From assembly GCF_030013595.1 (NCBI RefSeq), contig NZ_CP122768.1: a stretch of DNA of 64,000 bases; one strand, written 5' to 3'. A program made the position numbers and the translations under genes. The notes beneath the pieces were generated by a model that had not been told where the DNA came from, ran no database searches, and saw nothing but the letters and a program-made list of their open reading frames with translations. Below, in pieces: positions 1 through 12,917 of this stretch (positions are counted from its first letter, which is position 1; the number at the start of each line of letters is the position of its first letter). The DNA is from Escherichia coli. Lineage in GTDB: Bacteria; Pseudomonadota; Gammaproteobacteria; Enterobacterales; Enterobacteriaceae.

Positions 1-736
<736 letters not shown>

Positions 737-762
737 AACTTAGTTCGTTTTAAAGATTCTGC

Positions 763-787
763 AGACACTGTCTGCAGAATTCGAAAT
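763..787. repeat. Near-perfect 25-bp palindrome (ATTCTGCAGACA C TGTCTGCAGAAT) in the convergent nanQ/yhcG gap
   Basis: Read directly: 11-bp arms around a single central base; core CAGAC-N-GTCTG shared with the three palindromes inside yhcG; no flanking T-run. Confidence 0.6.
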
Positions 788-795
788 TGCTGAAA

Positions 796-1923
796 TTATC
801 GGCGTCTATAGCCTTCCTCTAGCACCGCCTGTGTTCGAACGAGTTCATCCGCGAGTCGTTTTTCATCAGGTAGTTGCATCTTATATTCACTCGCCAGAAC
901 GGTGTTAGGCAAACCAGCCAGTGCATAATGCGCTTCTCCGACTCCTTTCTCTGCACAGAGAATCAGACCGATGGGCGGATTTTCATCCGGTAGCGTCCAG
1001 TGCTCTTTGGCGTAGTTGAGATACATATTCATCTGTCCGGCATCGCTATAGCTAAATTTGCCCACTTTTAGATCGACGATTAGCAGGCAGCGTAAACGGC
1101 GGTGGAAAAACAGCAGATCGACCCGAAACCAGTTGTCATCAATGCGTAACCTTCGCTGCCGACCAACAAAGGCAAAATCATCCCCAAGTTCCAGCATGAA
1201 ATCCATCAGGTGGTTGATCAGCGCCTCCTCAAAATCGGATTCTGAGTATTCATCTTTCAATTCCAGAAATTCGAGCACAAAGGGATCGCGTATCGCCTGC
1301 TGCGGAAGAATATGCATCTCGGCAGGAGCGTGTTGTTGCAGCATGGCTGATTTATCATGTGACAGTAGTGTTCGCTCATAAAATTGGGTCGCAATTTGCC
1401 GCTCTAGCTGGCGGACAGACCAACCACAGCGGAGCGTCTCTTTTTCATAAAAGCTGCGGGCGTCAGCGTTTTTAACGGAAAGTAGACGGACGTAGGTGGA
1501 CCAGGGCAGGGGGAAAGATTTGGCAGACAGCGTCTGCCAAATCTTTGCCGATGGGAATTCTGCAGACGGTGTCTGCGGCATTCCCAATGGTGTTAATTCG
1601 CCAGACACTGTCTGGCGAATTTCAACATGTTGAAAAAAGAGGTAAAAAAGCCTCATTTGGCGTAAGTTTTTTGCAGAGAACCCACGCTTATACCTTAGAC
1701 TTAAATCCTTTGATAGTCGCTTGATTAGCTGCGCACCATACGCAGCCCTGGCCTCACCGCCTTGTTCAAATTCGACAATTCGTCGGCCAATTTCCCTGTA
1801 CGTCGCGGTCATTAACGCGTTAACGCTACGTACCGTTTCCGTTCGGGCGCTATCGACCAGATGAATAATGCCGTCGTGGATTTGCTGGTAGCCTGCTGTG
1901 GTTCTCTCTGAGAGCGATTCCAT
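796..1923 (-). CDS. yhcG: DUF1016 / PDDEXK nuclease-like protein YhcG
   Basis: 375-aa ORF; matches YhcG in length and sequence; C-terminal half contains a PD-(D/E)xK-like motif (…LLIVDLKVGKF…). Confidence 0.85.
   Translation of the reverse strand: MESLSERTTAGYQQIHDGIIHLVDSARTETVRSVNALMTATYREIGRRIVEFEQGGEARAAYGAQLIKRLSKDLSLRYKRGFSAKNLRQMRLFYLFFQHVEIRQTVSGELTPLGMPQTPSAEFPSAKIWQTLSAKSFPLPWSTYVRLLSVKNADARSFYEKETLRCGWSVRQLERQIATQFYERTLLSHDKSAMLQQHAPAEMHILPQQAIRDPFVLEFLELKDEYSESDFEEALINHLMDFMLELGDDFAFVGRQRRLRIDDNWFRVDLLFFHRRLRCLLIVDLKVGKFSYSDAGQMNMYLNYAKEHWTLPDENPPIGLILCAEKGVGEAHYALAGLPNTVLASEYKMQLPDEKRLADELVRTQAVLEEGYRRR
1517..1621. repeat. Three tandem hairpin palindromes inside the yhcG coding sequence (12-15-bp arms, 3-nt loops, shared CAGAC-NNN-GTCTG core)
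   Basis: Read directly: 1517-1543 GATTTGGCAGAC-AGC-GTCTGCCAAATC (perfect); 1553-1585 GGGAATTCTGCAGAC-GGT-GTCTGCGGCATTCCC (2 mismatches); 1595-1621 AATTCGCCAGAC-ACT-GTCTGGCGAATT (perfect). In frame, encoding a low-complexity segment (…TPLGMPQTPSAEFPSAKIWQTLSAK…). Confidence 0.7.
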
Positions 1924-2106
1924 TATCTGTCCCTTTTTATGGCGCTGTGTTGAATAATGGAATCAGCTATACGCCGGGCATCTGCCGGTAACAATCCAGA
2001 TGAGCGTATTACATTGGTTTTCTTCAGATTATGCGAGGCGCTTTCCAGAAAGAAAGGAGAATTTCAGCGCCGACTCTTTTCTGAGGAGGCGGCGCTGGGA
2101 CAGAGC

Positions 2107-3537
<1,431 letters not shown>

Positions 3538-6500
3538 TTACTGCGCCTGCACGCGCAACTCTGCTGCGCTACGACTACGGTGACCCAGCAGTGCTTTTAC
3601 ATCACTGGACTTCGGTTTAACCAGCGCAAATTTAGTGGCGAAGGTTGACCAGTTCGCCAGAATCTCTTCACCACGCTGAGAACCGGTATGCTGCACATGC
3701 TCGGTGATAAGTCCACGCAGATGCTCTTCATGGATCGCCAAATCGTCAACGCTTAAGACCTCGACCAGTTCCGGGTTAACGCGTTTGCGGAAATCGCCGC
3801 TTTCATCGAGAACGTAAGCGAAGCCGCCAGTCATGCCCGCGCCGAAGTTAACGCCGGTTTTACCCAGAATACAGACAATACCGCCCGTCATATATTCACA
3901 GCCGTTGTCGCCAATGCCTTCTACCACGGTGATAGCACCGGAGTTACGCACGCCGAAACGTTCACCCGCGCGGCCTGCGGCATACAGACGACCACCGGTC
4001 GCGCCATACAGGCAGGTGTTGCCGATAATACTTGCTTCATGGCTGCGGAAGGCTGAGCCAACCGGAGGGCGAATGGCGATTAAGCCGCCCGCCATGCCTT
4101 TACCGACATAGTCGTTGGCATCACCGGTCAGGTACAGTTCCACGCCGCCCGCGTTCCACACACCGAAGCTCTGGCCTGCGGTGCCGTTGAAGTACGCTTT
4201 GATCGGATCGGCTGCCAGACCCTGATCGCCGTGCGTCTGGGCGATATAGCCTGAAAGCGACGCGCCGACAGAACGGTCGGTGTTGCGAATATCGAACCAG
4301 AAGGTTTTGCTCTGACGCTCATCGACAAACGGTTTTGCCTGTTGCAGCAACTGTGCGTTCAGCAGGCCGTTATCAAACGGCGGGTTGTTTTCGGTACAGT
4401 AGAGCGCCTTACCTGGATGCGGCTCAGCGGTCTCCAGCAGTTTCGACAGCGCCAGTTTCTGCTGTTTGGCGGTGAAACCGTCCAGCTCTTTCAGCAGGTC
4501 GGTGCGACCAATCAGATCCACCAGACGCGTTACCCCCAGCTGTGCCATCAGCTCGCGGGTTTCACGGGCGATAAACTCAAAGTAATTAGTCACCTTGAAC
4601 GGCAGGCCGTGATAGTGATTCTTACGCAGTTTGTCATCCTGAGTTGCTACACCCGTCGCGCAGTTGTTCAGGTGGCAAATACGCAGATATTTACAGCCGA
4701 GCGCCACCATCGGACCGGTGCCGAAGCCGAAGCTTTCTGCGCCGAGAATCGCCGCTTTGATGATATCGACACCCGTTTTCAGGCCGCCATCGACCTGCAA
4801 ACGAATTTTATGACGCAAGCCGTTGGCAACCAGCGCCTGCTGGGTTTCCACCAGACCGAGTTCCCACGGACAGCCTGCGTATTTCACCGATGAAAGCGGG
4901 CTTGCGCCGGTGCCGCCGTCATAGCCTGCGATGGTGATTAAATCGGCATAAGCTTTCGCCACACCGGTCGCGATGGTGCCTACTCCCGGTTCGGACACCA
5001 GCTTCACGGAGATCATCGCTTTCGGGTTAACCTGCTTGAGGTCGAAAATCAGCTGCGCTAAGTCCTCGATAGAGTAGATATCGTGGTGCGGCGGCGGGGA
5101 GATCAGCGTCACGCCTGGCACGGAATAACGCAGTTTGGCGATGTACGGCGTGACTTTATCACCTGGCAACTGACCGCCTTCGCCCGGTTTCGCGCCCTGG
5201 GCGACTTTAATCTGAATGACGTCGGCATTGACCAGATACGCCGGAGTAACCCCAAAGCGACCGGAAGCCACCTGCTTGATGCGCGACACTTTGTTGGTGC
5301 CGTAGCGTGCCGGATCTTCGCCGCCTTCACCGGAGTTAGAGTTGCCGCCGATGCTGTTCATCGCTTCAGCCAGCGCCTCGTGGGCTTCCGGGCTTAACGC
5401 GCCGATAGACATCGCAGCGGTATCGAAGCGTTTAAACAGTTCGCTTGCCGGTTCAACATCAGCAATGTTGACCGCGTTTTCACCCGGCGTAATTGCCAGC
5501 AGATCGCGCAGCGTGGTTGCCGGACGCTCATTAACCAGCTTCGCGTATTCCTGATAGTCGCTGTACTCGCCGCTCTGTACCGCCTGCTGCAGTGTGCGCA
5601 CCACGTCCGGGTTGTAGGCGTGGTATTCGCCGCCGTGCACATATTTCAGCAGGCCGCCCTGGCTGATGGGCTTACGCGCCAGCCAGGCACGTTTCGACAG
5701 ATTCAGCAGATCCTGCTGGAAGTCTTCAAAGCTCGCCCCGCCAATGCGGCTAACAGCGCCCTGGAAGCACAGGCCTACGACATCATCGTGCAGACCGACC
5801 GCTTCAAACAGTTTCGAGCAGCGGTAAGAGGCGATGGTGGAGATGCCCATTTTGGACATGATTTTGTACAAGCCTTTGTTGATGCCGTTACGGTAGTTGA
5901 GCATCACGGTACGATAATCTTTGGCAATCGCGTGGGTGTCTACCAGGCGGCCCAGCGTTTCATAGGCAAGGTACGGATAAATAGCCGTCGCACCGAAGCC
6001 CAGCAACACGGCGAAATGGTGCGGATCGCGGGCGCTGGCGGTTTCGACGATGATGTTGGCATCGCAACGCAAGCTTTGATCGACCAGACGGGTCTGGATC
6101 GCGCCAACCGCCATCGGAGCCGGAACCGGCAGGCGATCTTTAGCGATATTCCGGTCGGAGAGCACCAGCAGCACGGTGCCGCTACGTACCATTTTTTCGG
6201 CTTTGTCGCACAGCTCTTTGACCGTCGCTTCGAGCGTGGTTTTGGTGACGTCAAAGGTTATATCCAGTGTATCTGCGCGGTAGTGCTCCTCTTTCATCGT
6301 CGTGAGCTGTTTGAAATCGGAGTAGAGCAGAATCGGCGATTTAAAACTTAAACGGTGCGCCTGGCCCTCTGCTTCACAGAAGACGTTCATTTCACGCCCG
6401 ATGCTGGTGGCGAGCGACATAACATGCGCTTCACGCAGTGGGTCGATTGGCGGGTTAGTCACCTGGGCAAATTGCTGGCGGAAGTAGTCGTAAATAATGC

Positions 6501-7998
6501 GCGGCTGACTGGAGAGCACGGCGAATGGGGTGTCGTCGCCCATCGAACCGACCGCTTCCTGACCGTTTTCGCCCAGTACGCGAATTACGGAGTCCAGCTC
6601 TTCCGCGCTGTAGTTAAACTGTTTCTGGTAGCTGGCAAGTGTGTCGTCGTCCAGTTCGCGGCTACCCACTTCTTCATCGGGCAGATCTTCAAACGGTACC
6701 AGTCGGCGGACGTTTTTCTCCATCCACTCTTTATATGGATGGCGGCTTTTCAGATCGTCATCAGTTTCTGCCGAGTGCAGAATGCGCCCACTGCGAGTGT
6801 CGATCACCATCAGTTCGCCTGGCCCGACGCGGCCTTTTTCGACCACTTCGTCAGGCTGATAATCCCAGATGCCGACTTCAGAGGCGCAGGTGATGAGCTT
6901 ATCTTTGGTGATGACGTAGCGCGCCGGACGCAGACCGTTACGGTCGAGGTTACAGGCGGCAAAACGACCGTCAGACATCACGATGCCTGCCGGGCCATCC
7001 CACGGCTCCATATGCATGGAGTTAAAGTCAAAGAAGGCACGCAGTTCCGGGTCCATATCCGGGTTGTTCTGCCAGGCGGGTGGTACTAACAGACGCATGG
7101 CGCGGATGATATCCATCCCGCCTGCCAGCAGCAGTTCCAGCATGTTATCCATGGAACTGGAGTCAGAACCGGTTTCGTTGACGAACGGCGCGGCGTCGTG
7201 CAGGTCAGGGATCAGCGGCGTCTGGAATTTATAGGTACGCGCACGCGCCCATTGGCGGTTACCGGTGATGGTGTTGATTTCACCGTTATGCGCCAGGTAG
7301 CGGAACGGCTGCGCCAGCGGCCAGCGCGGTACGGTGTTAGTGGAGAAGCGCTGGTGGAACAGGCAAATGGCCGATTCCAGACGCAGGTCCGCAAGATCCA
7401 GATAAAAGCGCGGCAGATCCGCCGGCATACACAGACCTTTATAGATGTTCACCAGATTCGACAGGCTACAGACGTAGAAGTCTTTGTCGGCTTCGAGACG
7501 CTTTTCAATGCGGCGGCGGGCGATAAACAGACGGCGCTCCATATCGCGCGGACGCCAGCCTGCCGGGGCGTTCACAAAAATTTGCTCAATGCGTGGCAGA
7601 GAGGAGAGGGCGATTTCACCCAGCACGCCTTCGTTGGTGGGGACATCACGCCAGCCCACAATCGATAAGGTTTCGCGTTGCAGCTCTTCTTCAACGATGC
7701 GGCGTGCGGCAGCGGCGAGTTCAGGATCTTTATTCAGGAAGAGCATCCCGACGGCGTAGTTTTTCGCTAAACGCCAACCGCGCTCCTGCGCAACGATGCG
7801 AAAAAAGCGATCCGGTTTTTGTAACAGCAAGCCGCAACCGTCACCGGTTTTACCATCGGCGAGAATCGCGCCACGGTGCTGCATGCGGGCCAGTGCGTGT
7901 ATTGCAGTACGCACTACCTTGTGGCTAGGTTCGCCTTCTATGTGGGCGATCAGGCCGAAACCACAGTTATCCCTCTCAAGGGATTTATCGTACAACAT
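3538..7998 (-). CDS. gltB: Glutamate synthase (NADPH) large subunit
   Basis: Long ORF (track start 8106); canonical 1486-aa protein begins at [15 protein letters not shown] (ATG at 7998), amidotransferase Cys follows; the ORF track over-extends upstream. Confidence 0.95.
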   Translation of the reverse strand: MLYDKSLERDNCGFGLIAHIEGEPSHKVVRTAIHALARMQHRGAILADGKTGDGCGLLLQKPDRFFRIVAQERGWRLAKNYAVGMLFLNKDPELAAAARRIVEEELQRETLSIVGWRDVPTNEGVLGEIALSSLPRIEQIFVNAPAGWRPRDMERRLFIARRRIEKRLEADKDFYVCSLSNLVNIYKGLCMPADLPRFYLDLADLRLESAICLFHQRFSTNTVPRWPLAQPFRYLAHNGEINTITGNRQWARARTYKFQTPLIPDLHDAAPFVNETGSDSSSMDNMLELLLAGGMDIIRAMRLLVPPAWQNNPDMDPELRAFFDFNSMHMEPWDGPAGIVMSDGRFAACNLDRNGLRPARYVITKDKLITCASEVGIWDYQPDEVVEKGRVGPGELMVIDTRSGRILHSAETDDDLKSRHPYKEWMEKNVRRLVPFEDLPDEEVGSRELDDDTLASYQKQFNYSAEELDSVIRVLGENGQEAVGSMGDDTPFAVLSSQPRIIYDYFRQQFAQVTNPPIDPLREAHVMSLATSIGREMNVFCEAEGQAHRLSFKSPILLYSDFKQLTTMKEEHYRADTLDITFDVTKTTLEATVKELCDKAEKMVRSGTVLLVLSDRNIAKDRLPVPAPMAVGAIQTRLVDQSLRCDANIIVETASARDPHHFAVLLGFGATAIYPYLAYETLGRLVDTHAIAKDYRTVMLNYRNGINKGLYKIMSKMGISTIASYRCSKLFEAVGLHDDVVGLCFQGAVSRIGGASFEDFQQDLLNLSKRAWLARKPISQGGLLKYVHGGEYHAYNPDVVRTLQQAVQSGEYSDYQEYAKLVNERPATTLRDLLAITPGENAVNIADVEPASELFKRFDTAAMSIGALSPEAHEALAEAMNSIGGNSNSGEGGEDPARYGTNKVSRIKQVASGRFGVTPAYLVNADVIQIKVAQGAKPGEGGQLPGDKVTPYIAKLRYSVPGVTLISPPPHHDIYSIEDLAQLIFDLKQVNPKAMISVKLVSEPGVGTIATGVAKAYADLITIAGYDGGTGASPLSSVKYAGCPWELGLVETQQALVANGLRHKIRLQVDGGLKTGVDIIKAAILGAESFGFGTGPMVALGCKYLRICHLNNCATGVATQDDKLRKNHYHGLPFKVTNYFEFIARETRELMAQLGVTRLVDLIGRTDLLKELDGFTAKQQKLALSKLLETAEPHPGKALYCTENNPPFDNGLLNAQLLQQAKPFVDERQSKTFWFDIRNTDRSVGASLSGYIAQTHGDQGLAADPIKAYFNGTAGQSFGVWNAGGVELYLTGDANDYVGKGMAGGLIAIRPPVGSAFRSHEASIIGNTCLYGATGGRLYAAGRAGERFGVRNSGAITVVEGIGDNGCEYMTGGIVCILGKTGVNFGAGMTGGFAYVLDESGDFRKRVNPELVEVLSVDDLAIHEEHLRGLITEHVQHTGSQRGEEILANWSTFATKFALVKPKSSDVKALLGHRSRSAAELRVQAQ

Positions 7999-8672
7999 AT
8001 CGTGAACCTCCCCCAGGCTCTGCGGGAACCCCACTTCCGAACCGCTGCGCACGGGCACAGAAAGAGCGTGGCGACGGGGTTTGCGTGTCATACGCGCGCC
8101 TCGCATTCGCCCCCTTGTTGTCCTTTTCGCATCGGTTAATACGGTGAAGAGGGGATCTCAATTACTGCATAAATATGATGAGCAGGCTGCTCATCCAGAA
8201 AGCTTCCAGCGGATTTCCAACTTATCGGGAAAGCTGATACAGGTCAAATGGCAAGCTTATTGGTACAGAAATGTGCTTTAGCGCAAAATTCTTTATTAAA
8301 TGGCTGAAATTAAAGTGGATTTTATCTTTAAGGCTAAAAGGGAAGTCGTTAGAGAAACAGTCAATTCCTGACTGTCATAAAGGCGTGTTAACCCTTATCC
8401 TGCCTTGAACTGACGAGAAAACCAGCATTTTATACTGCCTTAATTGGTAATGACGTTTCATGCTACTGTTTTTGCCTAAAATCCATAAGGAGATAAAAAA
8501 ATCTGACACAAGATAAGCAAAAGTGATTTATGTGATTATGCATGAAATTTCGGTAATTTTGATTGATTATGCAGTTGATAAAAGCAGGCCGGGACGATTG
8601 ATCCAGGTCATCGCCGAATTGAGCTAAAAATGGCAGGCTTTGGCCTCTTTTCAAGGCGCGGTCTATCAGATT
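7999..8672. promoter_or_regulatory. Divergent gltB / yhcC control region: long AT-rich leader and promoter region
   Basis: About 670 bp of AT-rich non-coding DNA between divergent starts; gltBD is known to have a long leader with Lrp/IHF/CRP sites, but individual sites were not mapped here. Confidence 0.4.
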
Positions 8673-9602
8673 ATGCAGTTACAGAAATTAGTCAATATGT
8701 TTGGTGGTGATCTCACCCGTCGTTATGGGCAAAAGGTGCATAAGCTGACGCTGCACGGCGGTTTTAGCTGCCCTAACCGTGACGGTACCATCGGGCGTGG
8801 TGGCTGCACATTCTGTAATGTGGCCTCGTTTGCCGATGAAGCGCAGCAACATCGTTCCATTGCCGAACAACTGGCGCACCAGGCGAATTTAGTTAACCGC
8901 GCTAAACGCTATCTGGCCTACTTTCAGGCGTATACCAGCACCTTTGCGGAAGTTCAGGTGCTGCGTTCTATGTATCAGCAGGCGGTGAGCCAGGCCAATA
9001 TTGTCGGTTTGTGTGTTGGTACCCGCCCGGACTGCGTGCCGGATGCGGTGCTGGATCTGCTTTGCGAATATAAGGACCAGGGTTACGAAGTGTGGCTGGA
9101 GCTGGGGCTACAAACCGCCCACGACAAAACGCTGCATCGCATCAATCGCGGTCATGATTTTGCCTGTTATCAGCGCACGACGCAGCTGGCGCGTGAGCGT
9201 GGGCTGAAGGTGTGTTCTCACTTAATTGTCGGCCTGCCTGGCGAAGGGCAGGCTGAATGTTTGCAAACGCTGGAGCGAGTGGTTGAAACTGGCGTGGACG
9301 GCATAAAGCTGCATCCGCTGCATATTGTGAAAGGCAGCATTATGGCGAAAGCCTGGGAAGCGGGGCGTTTGAACGGTATTGAACTGGAGGATTACACGCT
9401 CACTGCCGGAGAAATGATTCGCCATACGCCACCGGAAGTGATCTACCACCGCATTTCCGCCAGCGCCCGTCGCCCGACGCTGCTTGCTCCTCTGTGGTGC
9501 GAAAATCGATGGACGGGAATGGTCGAGCTGGATCGCTATCTGAATGAACATGGCGTACAGGGATCGGCGCTGGGACGTCCGTGGCTACCTCCAACTGAGT
9601 AG
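8673..9602 (+). CDS. yhcC: Radical SAM family protein YhcC (TIGR01212-like)
   Basis: ORF track start 8640; canonical 309-aa protein starts at MQLQKLVNMFGG (ATG 8673); radical SAM Cys motif CPNRDGTIGRGGCTFC. Confidence 0.85.
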   Translation: MQLQKLVNMFGGDLTRRYGQKVHKLTLHGGFSCPNRDGTIGRGGCTFCNVASFADEAQQHRSIAEQLAHQANLVNRAKRYLAYFQAYTSTFAEVQVLRSMYQQAVSQANIVGLCVGTRPDCVPDAVLDLLCEYKDQGYEVWLELGLQTAHDKTLHRINRGHDFACYQRTTQLARERGLKVCSHLIVGLPGEGQAECLQTLERVVETGVDGIKLHPLHIVKGSIMAKAWEAGRLNGIELEDYTLTAGEMIRHTPPEVIYHRISASARRPTLLAPLWCENRWTGMVELDRYLNEHGVQGSALGRPWLPPTE

Positions 9603-9697
9603 GTCGTTGAGGGGAATTCCGCATTTCTCACACAATTTATAACGTAACTGTCAGAATTGGGTATTATTGGGGCAGGTTGTCGTGAAGGAATTCCCTA

Positions 9698-12034
9698 ATG
9701 AAGCAAATTCGTCTGCTGGCGCAGTATTATGTTGACCTGATGATGAAGTTAGGTCTGGTGCGCTTCTCAATGTTGCTGGCGCTGGCCCTCGTCGTTCTTG
9801 CCATTGTGGTACAAATGGCGGTAACCATGGTGCTGCATGGTCAGGTCGAAAGCATTGATGTTATTCGTTCTATCTTCTTTGGTTTGCTGATTACGCCGTG
9901 GGCGGTCTACTTTCTATCGGTGGTCGTCGAGCAACTGGAGGAGTCACGGCAACGTCTGTCACGGCTGGTGCAAAAACTGGAGGAGATGCGCGAGCGCGAT
10001 TTGAGCCTCAACGTTCAGTTAAAAGATAATATTGCCCAGCTAAATCAGGAAATCGCCGTTCGTGAAAAAGCGGAAGCAGAACTGCAGGAAACCTTCGGCC
10101 AACTGAAAATTGAAATCAAAGAGCGCGAAGAGACACAAATTCAGCTCGAGCAGCAATCCTCATTCTTACGTTCCTTCCTTGATGCTTCACCCGACCTGGT
10201 TTTTTATCGTAACGAAGATAAAGAGTTTTCCGGCTGTAACCGCGCGATGGAGCTGCTGACCGGAAAAAGCGAAAAACAACTGGTTCACCTGAAACCTGCT
10301 GATGTTTACTCACCGGAAGCCGCTGCGAAAGTCATTGAAACCGATGAAAAAGTGTTCCGTCATAATGTGTCACTGACCTATGAGCAGTGGCTGGATTATC
10401 CCGACGGACGCAAAGCCTGCTTTGAAATCCGTAAAGTGCCGTACTACGACCGCGTGGGTAAACGTCACGGTTTGATGGGCTTTGGTCGCGACATTACCGA
10501 GCGTAAGCGGTATCAGGATGCACTTGAACGCGCCAGCCGCGACAAAACGACGTTTATTTCCACCATCAGTCACGAATTGCGTACACCGCTGAACGGTATC
10601 GTCGGCCTGAGCCGCATTCTGCTGGATACCGAACTCACCGCCGAGCAGGAAAAATATCTCAAAACCATCCATGTTTCGGCCGTCACGCTGGGGAATATCT
10701 TCAACGATATTATCGACATGGATAAGATGGAACGGCGTAAGGTCCAGCTTGATAATCAGCCGGTTGATTTCACCAGCTTCCTTGCCGATCTGGAAAATCT
10801 CTCCGCCTTGCAGGCGCAACAAAAAGGATTGCGCTTTAACCTGGAGCCTACGCTGCCATTACCGCATCAGGTCATTACCGACGGGACGCGTTTACGGCAG
10901 ATCCTGTGGAATCTCATCAGTAACGCCGTCAAATTCACCCAGCAAGGCCAGGTTACCGTGCGCGTGCGCTACGATGAAGGCGATATGCTGCATTTTGAAG
11001 TGGAAGACTCTGGTATCGGCATTCCGCAAGATGAGCTGGATAAAATCTTCGCCATGTATTACCAGGTGAAAGACAGTCATGGCGGTAAACCTGCCACTGG
11101 CACCGGTATTGGTCTGGCCGTTTCTCGTCGTCTGGCGAAAAATATGGGCGGCGATATTACGGTTACCAGCGAACAGGGCAAAGGTTCAACCTTTACGTTG
11201 ACGATCCACGCACCGTCGGTAGCAGAAGAGGTCGATGATGCGTTTGATGAAGACGATATGCCTTTACCGGCGCTGAATGTGCTGCTGGTGGAAGACATTG
11301 AACTGAACGTGATTGTTGCGCGTTCTGTGCTGGAAAAATTAGGTAACAGCGTTGATGTCGCCATGACCGGCAAGGCGGCGCTGGAGATGTTTAAACCGGG
11401 CGAATACGACCTGGTATTGCTGGATATTCAGTTGCCAGATATGACCGGGCTGGATATCTCTCGTGAACTGACGAAGCGTTATCCGCGCGAGGATTTACCG
11501 CCGCTGGTGGCCTTAACCGCTAACGTGCTGAAAGACAAACAAGAGTACCTCAATGCTGGAATGGATGATGTGCTGAGTAAGCCGCTTTCTGTTCCGGCGC
11601 TAACCGCGATGATCAAGAAATTCTGGGATACCCAGGATGATGAGGAAAGTACGGTGACGACAGAAGAGAACAGTAAATCAGAAGCATTGCTCGATATTCC
11701 CATGCTGGAACAGTATCTCGAACTTGTAGGACCGAAGCTGATCACCGACGGGTTAGCGGTGTTTGAGAAGATGATGCCGGGCTATGTCAGCGTGCTGGAG
11801 TCGAATCTGACGGCGCAGGATAAAAAAGGCATTGTTGAGGAAGGACATAAAATTAAAGGTGCGGCGGGGTCAGTGGGGTTACGCCATCTGCAACAGCTGG
11901 GTCAGCAAATTCAGTCTCCTGACCTTCCCGCCTGGGAAGATAACGTCGGTGAATGGATTGAAGAGATGAAAGAAGAGTGGCGTCACGACGTAGAAGTACT
12001 GAAAGCGTGGGTGGCAAAAGCCACTAAAAAATGA
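9698..12034 (+). CDS. arcB: Aerobic respiration control hybrid sensor histidine kinase ArcB
   Basis: 778-aa ORF with transmembrane N-terminus, PAS domain, H-box (SHELRTPLNG), receiver and HPt domains. Confidence 0.95.
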   Translation: MKQIRLLAQYYVDLMMKLGLVRFSMLLALALVVLAIVVQMAVTMVLHGQVESIDVIRSIFFGLLITPWAVYFLSVVVEQLEESRQRLSRLVQKLEEMRERDLSLNVQLKDNIAQLNQEIAVREKAEAELQETFGQLKIEIKEREETQIQLEQQSSFLRSFLDASPDLVFYRNEDKEFSGCNRAMELLTGKSEKQLVHLKPADVYSPEAAAKVIETDEKVFRHNVSLTYEQWLDYPDGRKACFEIRKVPYYDRVGKRHGLMGFGRDITERKRYQDALERASRDKTTFISTISHELRTPLNGIVGLSRILLDTELTAEQEKYLKTIHVSAVTLGNIFNDIIDMDKMERRKVQLDNQPVDFTSFLADLENLSALQAQQKGLRFNLEPTLPLPHQVITDGTRLRQILWNLISNAVKFTQQGQVTVRVRYDEGDMLHFEVEDSGIGIPQDELDKIFAMYYQVKDSHGGKPATGTGIGLAVSRRLAKNMGGDITVTSEQGKGSTFTLTIHAPSVAEEVDDAFDEDDMPLPALNVLLVEDIELNVIVARSVLEKLGNSVDVAMTGKAALEMFKPGEYDLVLLDIQLPDMTGLDISRELTKRYPREDLPPLVALTANVLKDKQEYLNAGMDDVLSKPLSVPALTAMIKKFWDTQDDEESTVTTEENSKSEALLDIPMLEQYLELVGPKLITDGLAVFEKMMPGYVSVLESNLTAQDKKGIVEEGHKIKGAAGSVGLRHLQQLGQQIQSPDLPAWEDNVGEWIEEMKEEWRHDVEVLKAWVAKATKK

Positions 12035-12146
12035 CCCCGGCTAGACCGGGGTGCGCGAATACTGCGCCAACACCAGGGAAATCTTGGCTGCGCCGTAAAT
12101 TATTATGATGAGTTACAAGGGCACAGCACTGTTTTTCAGGCCGCAC
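12026..12146 (-). ncRNA. arcZ: ArcZ small RNA (RyhA/SraH), convergent with arcB and overlapping its stop codon
   Basis: Minus-strand sequence from 12146 reads GTGCGGCCTGAAAAACAG…GGTGTTGGCGCAGTATTCGCGCACCCCGGTCTAGCCGGGGTCATTTTTT, matching the ArcZ sequence as I recall it, including the seed region and intrinsic terminator. Confidence 0.85.
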
Positions 12147-12263
12147 GCAGTTAAGATAGCAAAACTTAAATGATTTGTTACATGAATCAGTTAAATGTGT
12201 GATGCGTAGCATTTTTATTAAAAAAATTAATGTGTTTCAGTCAATTGCGAAAGGATGATCACA

Positions 12264-12917
12264 ATGAAGAAAATTGGCGTAATTCTGAGCGGATGCGGCG
12301 TCTATGACGGTTCTGAAATTCATGAAGCGGTGTTGACGTTGTTAGCTATTTCACGCAGCGGTGCGCAGGCGGTCTGCTTTGCACCGGATAAGCAGCAGGT
12401 TGATGTTATCAACCATTTAACGGGCGAAGCGATGACGGAAACGCGCAATGTGCTGATTGAAGCGGCACGAATAACGCGCGGTGAAATCCGTCCTCTGGCC
12501 CAGGCCGATGCCGCTGAACTGGATGCGTTGATTGTGCCGGGGGGTTTTGGCGCGGCGAAGAATTTAAGCAATTTTGCCAGTCTTGGTAGCGAATGCACCG
12601 TTGACCGTGAATTAAAGGCGCTGGCACAAGCGATGCATCAGGCCGGAAAACCGCTTGGTTTTATGTGTATTGCCCCGGCGATGCTGCCGAAAATTTTCGA
12701 TTTCCCGCTGCGTTTGTCCATCGGTACTGATATCGATACCGCAGAAGTGCTGGAAGAGATGGGCGCGGAGCATGTGCCGTGTCCTGTCGATGATATCGTG
12801 GTTGATGAAGACAATAAGATTGTCACCACCCCGGCATATATGCTGGCGCAGAACATTGCAGAAGCGGCGAGCGGCATTGATAAGCTGGTTTCCCGCGTGC
12901 TGGTCCTGGCGGAATGA
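12264..12917 (+). CDS. elbB: DJ-1/ThiJ-family glyoxalase ElbB
   Basis: Track ORF starts 12255; canonical 217-aa protein starts [16 protein letters not shown] (ATG 12264). Confidence 0.9.
   Translation: MKKIGVILSGCGVYDGSEIHEAVLTLLAISRSGAQAVCFAPDKQQVDVINHLTGEAMTETRNVLIEAARITRGEIRPLAQADAAELDALIVPGGFGAAKNLSNFASLGSECTVDRELKALAQAMHQAGKPLGFMCIAPAMLPKIFDFPLRLSIGTDIDTAEVLEEMGAEHVPCPVDDIVVDEDNKIVTTPAYMLAQNIAEAASGIDKLVSRVLVLAE

Noticed and set aside
756-1625. EcoRI (GAATTC) and PstI (CTGCAG) sites inside the yhcG-associated palindromes, considered as a possible cloning scar
   Set aside because: The sites are parts of a natural-looking family of four related palindromes, one of which lacks both sites, and they sit in frame within a native-length yhcG ORF; no vector-like sequence flanks them.
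3833-8139. Many 60-250-aa ORFs on the plus strand inside gltB
   Set aside because: All are embedded antisense or out of frame within gltB; none has an independent start context or family resemblance.
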